Assembly (NCBI GenBank): GCA_035508155.1
Contig: DATJNM010000058.1
Coordinates: 316 to 64,315, forward strand
Direction: 5' to 3'
Length of the DNA stretch: 64,000 nucleotides
Source of the DNA: Candidatus Sulfopaludibacter sp.
Lineage (GTDB): Bacteria > Verrucomicrobiota > Verrucomicrobiia > Limisphaerales > UBA11358
Below are positions 9,547 through 18,218 of the stretch, one piece after another (within the stretch, counting starts at the first letter, position 1; every line of letters starts with the position of its first letter). The notes below the pieces were generated by a model. The model searched no databases, was not told the origin of the DNA, and saw only the letters and a program-made list of their open reading frames with translations. The translations under genes were made by a program, and so were the position numbers.

Positions 9547-11817
9547 GGCATTGGTATTGACGTAACCTTCCGGCGACAGCGGCTGAAACAATCCGGATCC
9601 CGACGAAGGAGCGGCCGATTGCGGCCTGCCCGGCATCGGTTGCGCCTGGAAGGGTGGAGCCGCATTTTTCGCCGACGTGCCCGAATCGGGCAACGAGACG
9701 GCGTTGGTATCAACCAAATCACCTTGGGGCACTGGTTGGTAGGACGAGTCCGGCGGCGCAGCATGCATGCGTTCCCGTCGTTGCTCCGCTTGTTCGGCCT
9801 GGCGTTGTTCTGTCTCTTCGTTGGCCAGCGCAGCCGAAATGCCGGGCAATCGTTTTTCTTCTTCAGTTGTTTGCACCGCGGCAACTTCCGGAGTTTTCAG
9901 AACAGTGGGACGCATTAATACGAGCAACTCTTCCCGAGTATGGTTGCTGGTGCGGCTGCTGAACAGGCTGCCCAATATCGGTATGTCTTGCAGCAGAGGA
10001 ACGCCGTTTTTGCTCTTGTCCTTTTCGGTGCGGATAAACCCGCCGAGGATGATGGTGTCGCGATCCTTGACAGCGACCTCGGAGGAAAGCTGGCGTTTGT
10101 CAGTGTTGGGAACGTTGCCCACGCCCTGAATAAACGTGCTGCCATTGAGGTCGTCAATTTCCTGGCTGATGTCCATTACCACCAGGCCGTTCGGATTGAT
10201 GAACGGCGTCACGTCCAGCGAGATGCCCACCTGCAATTGCGAATACGAGGAACTGGGGCCGCCGCCGATGCCGCTGTTGTAATAAACGCTGGTGACGTAC
10301 GGCACCGTCTCGCCGACAAAGAATTGCGCTTCTTTGGCCTGGAAAGTCTGAATGCGCGGGCGCTGGATGATGGAAACCGAACTGTCTGACGCCGCCGCCG
10401 CCAAAGCCACATCCCACGTCGGGCCGATGTTTCCGAAATAGCTCAAGCCGCTCCCCAGGCTGTTGCCGAAAGCCGTGCTTGCAGTCGAGGTCGCATTGGT
10501 ACCCAGGGTGTTGTTCATGAAATCAAAGAACGACTGACCATTGTTGTAACCACCGGCGCCTTGGATGCCTTGGGTAGGACTGAACGTCTTAGGATTTTGC
10601 GCCACCGACACACCGAAATTCCAGCCATTGTTCAGGTTCACATCCATGATGACCGATTCAATGAGCACCTGCGGCAGCAAAACGTCCAGCTTGGCCACGA
10701 TGTCCTTGATCGTTTTCATGTCCTCCTTGGTGGCATAGACCAGCAATGAATTGCTTCGTTCGTCGGCGATGATTTTTGTCGGGCCCAACAGTTGAATTTC
10801 ACCCTGTCCCCCGCCGGACGCCGCGCGCTGGATGATGGACTGCAATCGCTGGCTGAAAGTGCCGCCTCCCGCGGCTCCACCCGCAGCAGTTCCAAATGGC
10901 CGTGTTATTTGGCCGCCGGACTGATTGCCACCGCCGTTTTGATACTGATTGCCGGTGCCACCCATGTTACCGAAGGCGCCACCCCGCGAACTGGGAGTGG
11001 TGGCATTGCCGATGGCCGAACTGGAACCGCCGAGGCTGTTCAAGGCGTTGGCGATGTCGTCCACCATGGCATATTTGATCGGAATGACCTCGGAAATAAA
11101 CTCCTCCGGCATAATCACGTCCACCTGGCTGATAAACTCCAGCATCCGTTTAATGTTCTCGGCGTAGTCCCGAAGGATAAGAATGCCATTGCTGTCAATC
11201 GGGAAAACCCCGTTCGGAATCTTGGCGAATTGTTGCAAGACGGGGGCCAATTCGCTGGGCTTGATATATTTCAACTGGACGATGTGGGTCACGTATTGAC
11301 CGACGTCCGGCAGTTGGGCGGCATCGTTGGTGTTGAAGGCCGCACCTTCCTGGCTGGCCTGGGCCACGGGCACGGCTTTGACAAATTTGTCGCCAATATT
11401 GATGAGCGCAATGCCGTTGAGCGCCAGCACACCTTGCAGCGCCTGAACCACCTCGTCTTTGGTCAGCGGCGTCTCGGTGTAGAGGACGATCTTCGCCTGA
11501 GGCAGACCTGCCCGCAACAACGTGCGTCCCACGTAACGCGCGTAAACGTCAAGGACCTGATCCACATCCACGCCCTGAAAATTGATGTCGCCGGCGGGAA
11601 CCATCTCCTGGGCGGCGGCCGACGTTGCGGTGGCGGGGGCAACGGTTTGGCTGGCAGCCGGCGTTGACGGCAATCCCGGCTGAGGCATCGGGTTATCGGC
11701 GGGGTTGACCGCCGGGATACCGGGGCGTTGGGGCACGAGACGGGGGCCGGGTGGCATTTGCGCCCGGAGGCCAAGGCCGGTTAACAGCACGAGCAGGATG
11801 AGCGTGGTCGTTTTCAC
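9526..11817 (-). CDS. Secretin (PilQ/GspD family) with long C-terminal extension
   Basis: GTG start with signal peptide MKTTTLILLVLLTGLGLRAQ and N-domains. Secretin core QVLIESVIMDVNLNNGWNFGV ... VKDRDTIILGGFIRTEKDKSKNGVPLLQDIPILGSLFSS...LLVLMRPTVL. A G/N/Q-rich insert and a roughly 119-aa P/Q/S-rich tail. Confidence 0.9.
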   Translation of the reverse strand: MKTTTLILLVLLTGLGLRAQMPPGPRLVPQRPGIPAVNPADNPMPQPGLPSTPAASQTVAPATATSAAAQEMVPAGDINFQGVDVDQVLDVYARYVGRTLLRAGLPQAKIVLYTETPLTKDEVVQALQGVLALNGIALINIGDKFVKAVPVAQASQEGAAFNTNDAAQLPDVGQYVTHIVQLKYIKPSELAPVLQQFAKIPNGVFPIDSNGILILRDYAENIKRMLEFISQVDVIMPEEFISEVIPIKYAMVDDIANALNSLGGSSSAIGNATTPSSRGGAFGNMGGTGNQYQNGGGNQSGGQITRPFGTAAGGAAGGGTFSQRLQSIIQRAASGGGQGEIQLLGPTKIIADERSNSLLVYATKEDMKTIKDIVAKLDVLLPQVLIESVIMDVNLNNGWNFGVSVAQNPKTFSPTQGIQGAGGYNNGQSFFDFMNNTLGTNATSTASTAFGNSLGSGLSYFGNIGPTWDVALAAAASDSSVSIIQRPRIQTFQAKEAQFFVGETVPYVTSVYYNSGIGGGPSSSYSQLQVGISLDVTPFINPNGLVVMDISQEIDDLNGSTFIQGVGNVPNTDKRQLSSEVAVKDRDTIILGGFIRTEKDKSKNGVPLLQDIPILGSLFSSRTSNHTREELLVLMRPTVLKTPEVAAVQTTEEEKRLPGISAALANEETEQRQAEQAEQRRERMHAAPPDSSYQPVPQGDLVDTNAVSLPDSGTSAKNAAPPFQAQPMPGRPQSAAPSSGSGLFQPLSPEGYVNTNAVPYPGR

Positions 11818-11824
11818 GGTTGTT

Positions 11825-12394
11825 TCATGGTTTCGTTTTGTTCTTCAAATCAGTTTTTGCCGGAGCTTTTTGGTAGCTGGCAATCAGCCGGATGTTGGCG
11901 TTGAGGCGCTGGTGCGCCGGGTCGGGCTGCAACTCCAGATCGTGCACTCGAATCATGGAAGCATCGGAACCGAGCTTGTAAAGAAAATCCACCAATTGCG
12001 GGTCCCCGGCGGTAACGTTGATGCTTTCGGTCACCTCAACGAAAAACTCATTTGTACGGGTCATTTGCCGCGACGTGTTAATGATGCCGACGCCGCTGCG
12101 CGCCGATTGCGAATCAATTGTGCGGATGAAATTAATGGCCTGGTCCTCAGGCGCAACCGCGCCGCCCTGGCCTTCCATTTTTTTCACCAACGCCGCGTAC
12201 CGGGCGGATTGCGCGATGGTCGCCTGGTAGAGCGCCAGTTTGCGTTGGGCATCCTCCAAACTGTAGCGCAGACGACTCCAATCGGAAAAATGCGGCCAGA
12301 TGAAAACATAATTCAACACCAGAAACAAAACCACCAGCACCGCCACCGCCAGCCGGCGCTCCAACGGACGCAATTGGGCGAAATACTTTTTCAC
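11825..12394 (-). CDS. PilO/GspM-like pilus (pseudopilus) assembly protein
   Basis: 189 aa. One TM (LAVAVLVVLFLVLNYVFIW), a coiled-coil segment, then a small alpha/beta domain. The GTG start overlaps the upstream stop (GTGA) and is preceded by GGAGGAGG. Confidence 0.55.
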   Translation of the reverse strand: MKKYFAQLRPLERRLAVAVLVVLFLVLNYVFIWPHFSDWSRLRYSLEDAQRKLALYQATIAQSARYAALVKKMEGQGGAVAPEDQAINFIRTIDSQSARSGVGIINTSRQMTRTNEFFVEVTESINVTAGDPQLVDFLYKLGSDASMIRVHDLELQPDPAHQRLNANIRLIASYQKAPAKTDLKNKTKP

Positions 12395-13773
12395 TTCACC
12401 TCCTCCGGCTTGTGGTTGAGCATGAGCGAGAATTGCCAGCTTACCTTATTGGCGGTCGCGCGAAAAACCGGCACCTCGCCACTCGCAGGATCAAACATGG
12501 GTTGACCGTCCACCTCCGCTTTGCGTACCGCGTCATAAAAATGATCGGTAATTTGGGAAACCTGGTCCTGATCGACGACGCCGTTGAGGGACAATTGCTG
12601 GCCATCGGCAAAACTCAGCCGCTGCAACGTCAGGCCGGCGGGCAATTGTTCGGCCACAATTCTCCAGCAATCCAGCGCCGCGTATTTCAAATCCTGCCGT
12701 TGGTTGAGCACCTCGTAACGCGCCTTGAGTTGCAAGGCGTTGGTGTAACTGCCGTTCAACGCCGCGACCTGTTGCGCCACCCGGTCCACCTGATACCCCA
12801 ACACCGTGGTTGCGCAGAAATAAATTATCACTCCGACCACGTATAGAATTCCCGCCGCCGCCAAACCCCGCAACCACAGGCGATCCACAAATTGCTGGTG
12901 ATAACGCGTGGAAAATTCCGCCGGCAGCAGGGTGCTGCGCGCGTCGCCTTGCGTGGAACGCCGGGCGGTGCGCGCGGCCAATTCCGCAAACGGCAACGGC
13001 CTGGTCACCTGCACCGGCTCGTCCAGGCCCGCGCGCAGGGCGCTTTCCCATTCGCCGGCGACCGCCCCGTCGGCGACCAGGTGCCAGACGGGCGGCGCGG
13101 TCAGCCAGCCTTCCAATTCCCCGGCCCAGGTGAGTTGGGTCAACTGGTCCTTCAAGCCTGTGGCGTGGTCGCCGGTTGCCGGCAAAACCACGAAACTTAA
13201 ATTCCGCAACGCGCCGCCGCACCGCCACGCCACCAGCGCCACGTTCTGCCCGGTGAAAGCCGCGGGATAAATCCACGCGCCGTCTTCCGTCGCCGGCGTC
13301 GCTTCCAGTTCGTCCAGCATGGGCGCTTCGAGCCGGTCCGCCAGATAGCCCTGACCTTCAATTTTGCCGAGAAACCCCTCGACCGCATGGCGGGCGGCGA
13401 TGACGACAATGACCGTCTGCAAATCGGCCGCGGTTTGTGGCAATACGTGGATCATCCACACGACCTGCGCCACAGGGAGGGGCGACAACTTCTCCAGCTG
13501 CAATTCCACCATCGCCACCGTTTCCTCGAAGCTGCTCCGGGGCAATTCGATAACGCGTAAAAAAACGTTTTCCGGCGGCAACCACGCGACATTCAACCGG
13601 GGCTGCCACAACGAACGCCACGACTTGGCCACCAGGCTGAAGGGCAAAGATTCGCCGGGCGCGCCGGCGTGCTCGCGACTGAAGGCAAAGCCGCCACCCC
13701 GGGCTTCGAACTGCCAGAGGCGGTGGGCGTCCGTGCCGACGTGGAGGATGTTGCAAGATTGCCAGCGCGCCAT
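12391..13773 (-). CDS. GspL-like / PilM-PilN fusion assembly protein
   Basis: Cytoplasmic N-domain, single TM (LAAAGILYVVGVIIYFCATTVLGY) and a PilN-like periplasmic C-domain. Sits between the ATPase and the PilO-like gene. Start set to ATG 13773 (MARWQSCNILHVG); the track start 13812 is a GTG inside the repeat element. Confidence 0.55.
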   Translation of the reverse strand: MARWQSCNILHVGTDAHRLWQFEARGGGFAFSREHAGAPGESLPFSLVAKSWRSLWQPRLNVAWLPPENVFLRVIELPRSSFEETVAMVELQLEKLSPLPVAQVVWMIHVLPQTAADLQTVIVVIAARHAVEGFLGKIEGQGYLADRLEAPMLDELEATPATEDGAWIYPAAFTGQNVALVAWRCGGALRNLSFVVLPATGDHATGLKDQLTQLTWAGELEGWLTAPPVWHLVADGAVAGEWESALRAGLDEPVQVTRPLPFAELAARTARRSTQGDARSTLLPAEFSTRYHQQFVDRLWLRGLAAAGILYVVGVIIYFCATTVLGYQVDRVAQQVAALNGSYTNALQLKARYEVLNQRQDLKYAALDCWRIVAEQLPAGLTLQRLSFADGQQLSLNGVVDQDQVSQITDHFYDAVRKAEVDGQPMFDPASGEVPVFRATANKVSWQFSLMLNHKPEEVK

Positions 13774-13776
13774 ATT

Positions 13777-13854
13777 CAGAAGGCGGAAGGCGGAACGCGG
13801 AAGGCAAAACACAAGACGCCGCAGAAAATTCTGCCTTCTTCATTCCGCCTTCTG
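13777..13854 (-). promoter_or_regulatory. Intercistronic stem-loop between the pilB-like and pilM/N-like genes
   Basis: Perfect 12-bp inverted repeat, CAGAAGGCGGAA (13777-13788) and TTCCGCCTTCTG (13843-13854). The proximal arm ends 3 nt before ATG 13773. Confidence 0.5.
13779..13806. repeat. Heptamer-phased micro-array (GAAGGCG x4, degenerate)
   Basis: gaaggcg gaaggcg gaacgcg gaaggca read directly from the sequence. Confidence 0.8.
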
Positions 13855-13867
13855 CCTAGAGATTTCA

Positions 13868-15619
13868 TCACGCCTTGACCCACATTTCGGTTTTGGTGTC
13901 GCCAATGAGCGCGTCCATGTGTTCCTCGATCTGGGTAACGCGCAGGACCTCCTCAATGGTGGTTTCGCCGGCCTTGACCTTGTTCCAGCCGTCGGTGCGC
14001 AGGGTGCGCATTCCCAGTTCGATGGCCCGGGCGGCAATGGTTGAAGCCGGAGCGCGGTTCAAGATCAACGGACGGATGGTTTCGTTCAGAATCAGCAGTT
14101 CATAAATGCCCTTGCGCCCCTGATAGCCGAGTTGCCGGCAATCTTCGCAGCCGGCCCCGCGCCAGAATTTCGCCGTGTCAATTTCACTTTCGGGAAACCC
14201 GATTTTTTGCAGGTAGTCACGCTCCACTTTCTGTTCGGTCTTGCAGTGAGGGCAGATGGTGCGGACGAGACGTTGGGCCATGACCGCTTCCACCGACGAC
14301 GCCACCAGGAACGGTTCAATGCCCATGTCAATCAACCGCGTAAACGCGCTGGGCGCATCGTTCGTATGCAGCGTGCTGAACACCAGGTGGCCGGTCAGCG
14401 ACGCGCGGATGGCGATTTCCGCCGTCTCCAGGTCGCGGATTTCCCCTACCATGATCACGTTCGGGTCCTGACGCAAAATATGGCGCAACCCCATCGCAAA
14501 CGTCAGCCCGATTTCCGGTCGCACGGCAATTTGATTGATGCCCTTGAGCTCGTATTCGACCGGTTCCTCAATGGTAATGATGCGCTTGTGAACGGAATTG
14601 ATGGCGCTCAAAAAGGCGTAAAGCGACGTGGATTTGCCCGAACCCGTCGGGCCGGTCACAAGGAAAATCCCGTGGGGTTTGACAATGATTTCGCGAATCA
14701 TCGCCTCGTCCTGCGGCGCGAAACCAAGCTTGTCGAGGCTCAGGAAAATTTTCCCGCGTGTGAGCAGGCGGAGGGAAACACTTTCGCCATAAACCGTCGG
14801 CACGGTCGAAACCCGGATGTCAATTTCCTCGCCCTTGATGCGGACGTTAATCCGGCCGTCCTGCGGCAGGCGCTTTTCGGAGATATTCATGCCGCTCATC
14901 ACTTTGATGCGCGAAATGAGCGCCGCCTGAAACCGTTTGAGCTGCGGCGGCATCGGCGTCTGATGCAGGATGCCGTCAATGCGGTAGCGAATACGCAGCT
15001 CGTCCTCCGCCGGTTCAAAATGAATGTCCGTCGCGCGGTCCTTGTGGGCTTCCCAAATGATCTGGTTGACGAATTTGATGACGCTGGCTTCCTGGTCGTC
15101 CTCGGTGATTTCCTTGTCGGAGGCAATTTCCAGCTCCAACGGCTCGCTTTCGCCCAGCTCGTCCAGGGTTTCGGCCCCGACGCCGTAGTATTTTTTGAGC
15201 GCCTTTTCGATTTCCGTTTTGGGCGCCAGCGCGAATTGCACCGGGCTGTGCGCATCAAATCGCACGGCGTTCATCATCGCGGCGTCAAACGGATCGCTGA
15301 CGACGACTTGCAGCGTGTCGCTGTTCAGCGCCGCAGGCAGCACGCTGTATTGAAAGGCGACTTTCGTGGAAAGTTTGTTCCGCGCCTCCGGCGGGATGGT
15401 ATGCTTGTGCAGGTCCACAAACGGCCAGTTGAGCGCATTCGCCAGCCGCTGCAAAAAAACATCCTCGGCGAGACCGCGCTCCCGCGCCACGAATGACAAC
15501 AACGACTCCGTCGAGCCGTTGTCCGCCGCCGCACGCCACGCCTTCCGCCAGTCGTCAAACTGTCCGGGAGTTGTTTCTGCGACCGTCGCGACCAGATTTT
15601 TTACCGAGTTAAAACCCAT
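13868..15619 (-). CDS. Type IV pilus / T2SS assembly ATPase (PilB/GspE family), copy 1
   Basis: T2SSE_N-type N-domain, Walker A GPTGSGKST, Walker B IMVGEIRD, His box LTGHLVFSTLHTND, tetracysteine CPHC...CEDC. Confidence 0.93.
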   Translation of the reverse strand: MGFNSVKNLVATVAETTPGQFDDWRKAWRAAADNGSTESLLSFVARERGLAEDVFLQRLANALNWPFVDLHKHTIPPEARNKLSTKVAFQYSVLPAALNSDTLQVVVSDPFDAAMMNAVRFDAHSPVQFALAPKTEIEKALKKYYGVGAETLDELGESEPLELEIASDKEITEDDQEASVIKFVNQIIWEAHKDRATDIHFEPAEDELRIRYRIDGILHQTPMPPQLKRFQAALISRIKVMSGMNISEKRLPQDGRINVRIKGEEIDIRVSTVPTVYGESVSLRLLTRGKIFLSLDKLGFAPQDEAMIREIIVKPHGIFLVTGPTGSGKSTSLYAFLSAINSVHKRIITIEEPVEYELKGINQIAVRPEIGLTFAMGLRHILRQDPNVIMVGEIRDLETAEIAIRASLTGHLVFSTLHTNDAPSAFTRLIDMGIEPFLVASSVEAVMAQRLVRTICPHCKTEQKVERDYLQKIGFPESEIDTAKFWRGAGCEDCRQLGYQGRKGIYELLILNETIRPLILNRAPASTIAARAIELGMRTLRTDGWNKVKAGETTIEEVLRVTQIEEHMDALIGDTKTEMWVKA

Positions 15620-15714
15620 TCAAATTGTCCAGATTACTTTGTTATATCAACAATCGCAGCGAAAAAAAGTTGCGTTTTGGCCCGAAAAACCCGCAAAGTC
15701 TGGCGCGACCAAAA

Positions 15715-16560
15715 ATGAGGCAATTTGCCACCATTACTGTCATCGGGCGCGACAAAACCGGCGTCGTCGCACGCATCACCGCCTTTCTGTTCCAGCAAAT
15801 GGCCAATATTGAGGCTTTGGAGGAGCAGGTCACCCGCGGCCAGTTCAGCATGACACTCCAGGCCTCATGGCCAAATAGCGATTGTCGTGCCGCCACCCTG
15901 CGCGCCGGCCTGGACGAACTGGCGCAGCAACTCGGCATGGAAATCAAAATCCGGTTCACCGAGCCGAATCGGCGGCAGCGTTTCGCCATCATGGTGACGA
16001 AGGAGCGGCACTGTTTTGATGCGCTCAGGACGGCGCACCGCCGGCACGAAATCAAGGCTGACCCCGTGCTCGTTCTTGGCAACCGCCCCAACCTTGCGCC
16101 GCTCGCCAAAAAGTCCGGATTGCCGTTCGCACACATCCCCTGGACTGACCGCGCCCGCGCCGAAGCCCGCGCCCTGCGCCTGCTCGAAGAACGCGAAATT
16201 GATTTTGTGGTGCTCGCGCGGTTTATGAAAATCCTTTCGCCAAACTTTGTGTGGCGATTCAAAAATAAAATCATCAATATCCACCCGTCGTTGCTTCCAA
16301 GCTTCCCCGGCCCGCAGGCCTACCGGCAGGCTTACGAAAGCGGGGTGAAAATCGCCGGCGTCACCGCGCACTTCGTTTCCATGCGGTTGGATGAAGGCCC
16401 GATTATTGCGCAAGGCTCGTTTCAGATCCGTCCGGGCATGACACTCAAGGAGATTGTCGCCCGCGGCCAGCAAGTCGAGGCCGGGGTGCTGGTCAAAGCG
16501 GTGAAGCTTTATCTCGGCAAACGCCTCGACGTTTATTGGGGCGTGGTCAAAGAGGTTTAA
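15715..16560 (+). CDS. purU: Formyltetrahydrofolate deformylase
   Basis: ACT domain ITVIGRDKTGVVARITAFLF, then a formyltransferase core with INIHPSLLPSFPG. Start set to ATG 15715 (MRQFATITV). Confidence 0.88.
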   Translation: MRQFATITVIGRDKTGVVARITAFLFQQMANIEALEEQVTRGQFSMTLQASWPNSDCRAATLRAGLDELAQQLGMEIKIRFTEPNRRQRFAIMVTKERHCFDALRTAHRRHEIKADPVLVLGNRPNLAPLAKKSGLPFAHIPWTDRARAEARALRLLEEREIDFVVLARFMKILSPNFVWRFKNKIINIHPSLLPSFPGPQAYRQAYESGVKIAGVTAHFVSMRLDEGPIIAQGSFQIRPGMTLKEIVARGQQVEAGVLVKAVKLYLGKRLDVYWGVVKEV

Positions 16561-16748
16561 AAATCAACGGATTGGCAAAAGGCAGAAGTGGGCACAGAGA
16601 GAAAGACCCTGGTTTTCCCCGTTTTTGGGGCAGAACAGGATTGACCTCCTTCCTTCAATCTGAGGTTCAAAAATTTTCCGGGAAAATTGTTCACATGGTT
16701 GAACCAATTCCGCCTCGGTGTGTCGGAAATACAAAAGAGGTGAATTTT

Positions 16749-17294
16749 ATGAATATCGTTGCCAAGCATAAAGAAAACCTTCCCGGCGCGGTCTTGAAGG
16801 CCGTGATTATTTACGATGATTTCGATGCGGCCACACACGCCATGGCGTTGTTGGAACGCGTCACCCCGTGCGTAGACCCGGCTATCAAGTGGGACATCAA
16901 GCCCTGGAGAAGCGACGTCTTGAAACAGCCAACCCTGGCCGCTTTGACCGTGGCGGTGGCCGCCAATGCGGATTTGATCGTGTTGGCCTTGAATCATCTT
17001 CATCCGCCACCGCTTGGATTGCAGGACTGGCTTAAAAACTGGGCGGGGCAACGGCGGATCAAAGATGCTGCCGTGCTGGCGTTGTATACTGGCACAAGCC
17101 TTTCGCAGTCAAAACCCTGGAACGAAATCAAAACGCTCGTGGAAGCCCGCGATTTGACCTTTTTAGACGGGCATCACCTCAGGAATAACGACCGTCCGGC
17201 ACGCGATGTTCATCAGCTGCCGCAACGAAAGCAACTGGCGGTACCGGCACCGCGACCGCCATTCGCCGAACGGCTGCCCGTTCCGCATCATTGA
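16749..17294 (+). CDS. Hypothetical protein (alpha/beta-looking N-domain, Pro-rich tail)
   Basis: ATG 16749 is preceded by AAAGAGGTG. The sequence looks like a real protein (KAVIIYDDFDAATHAMALLERV, ADLIVLALNH). No family recognised. Confidence 0.5.
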   Translation: MNIVAKHKENLPGAVLKAVIIYDDFDAATHAMALLERVTPCVDPAIKWDIKPWRSDVLKQPTLAALTVAVAANADLIVLALNHLHPPPLGLQDWLKNWAGQRRIKDAAVLALYTGTSLSQSKPWNEIKTLVEARDLTFLDGHHLRNNDRPARDVHQLPQRKQLAVPAPRPPFAERLPVPHH

Positions 17295-17563
17295 GGCATC
17301 AATGAGGAAATTTACCTTCAGGTTTGCTTTGCTTTCGCGAGAGGTTTAAGGTGTCAGCGGCGAAAGCCGATTTTGCGAGAGATCAATTAGCCGCGGTGGA
17401 TTTTCTGCCGCAGCGGCACGGAGTGGGTAAAACACCCGCAAAACGGTTGAGCTCACTCCGTGTCATCGTTTATTAAGAAGGGAGATGTTGAAGTGGGAAC
17501 GATCTCTGCGTCGCAAAATCCAAGGCGCCGTGGCAAGAGGCGCATAGAAAGGAATCACATCCT

Positions 17564-17857
17564 ATGGCACACAAGACATACCCAAAAAATGGCAATCCGG
17601 GCCGGCAACAAACCTTCTCGTTCTCCGCACCCGAGGCGCGGAGCGTGCAACTGGTGGGTGATTTTACCCAGTGGCAGGAGCGCCCCATCAACCTGCAGAG
17701 AGGCGCGGACGGCGTGTGGCGGGTCGCCGTGCAGTTATCGCCCGGCACACATCACTATCGCTTCCTGGTGGACGGCCAGTGGCGCGACGATCCCGAATGC
17801 ATTCTGCGCGCGCCGAACCCCTTCGGCAGCGAAGACATGATGCGGCAAGTGGCCTGA
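17564..17857 (+). CDS. Stand-alone glycogen-binding CBM48 (AMPK-beta GBD-like) domain protein
   Basis: 97 aa. VQLVGDFTQWQ...GVWRVAVQLSPGTHHYRFLVDGQWRDDP is the classic CBM48 / isoamylase N-domain pattern. Confidence 0.8.
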   Translation: MAHKTYPKNGNPGRQQTFSFSAPEARSVQLVGDFTQWQERPINLQRGADGVWRVAVQLSPGTHHYRFLVDGQWRDDPECILRAPNPFGSEDMMRQVA

Positions 17858-18218
17858 GTTGGATGCGCTGACCGCGGACCATCAATCATGGAATCACTAG
17901 CCCGGTGTGGGAAACACGCCCCGGGGAGGGTGGTCTTGACGTCTGGATGCCGGGAGAATTTGATTTTCTCTTTTGACGCAGAGTTCAGGGACATCCGGAA
18001 ACAGGGCGGGCGCAACCGAATGAATGCCGATGTGCCGGCTCTGCGTGTTTTATTCAACATCTCACCGCCTTTATGTGTCAGAACCATTGTGATATGAGCG
18101 CGATCGTGCAACCGGGAATAATGACACGCGGGCGCATAAACCTGGATTTGAACGCGCCCGGACCTGAACTGACCTGCCGTTTTGGAACTTCAACCCGCCC
18201 AGGAGCAAAAGGCGCAAA

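Noticed and set aside
14132-15496. 454-aa plus-strand ORF opposite the PilB-type ATPase gene
   Set aside because: It is an antisense shadow ORF of GC-rich coding DNA. Its translation is Arg/Gly/His/Val-rich with no motifs, whereas the minus-strand frame carries complete Walker A, Walker B, His-box and tetracysteine motifs.
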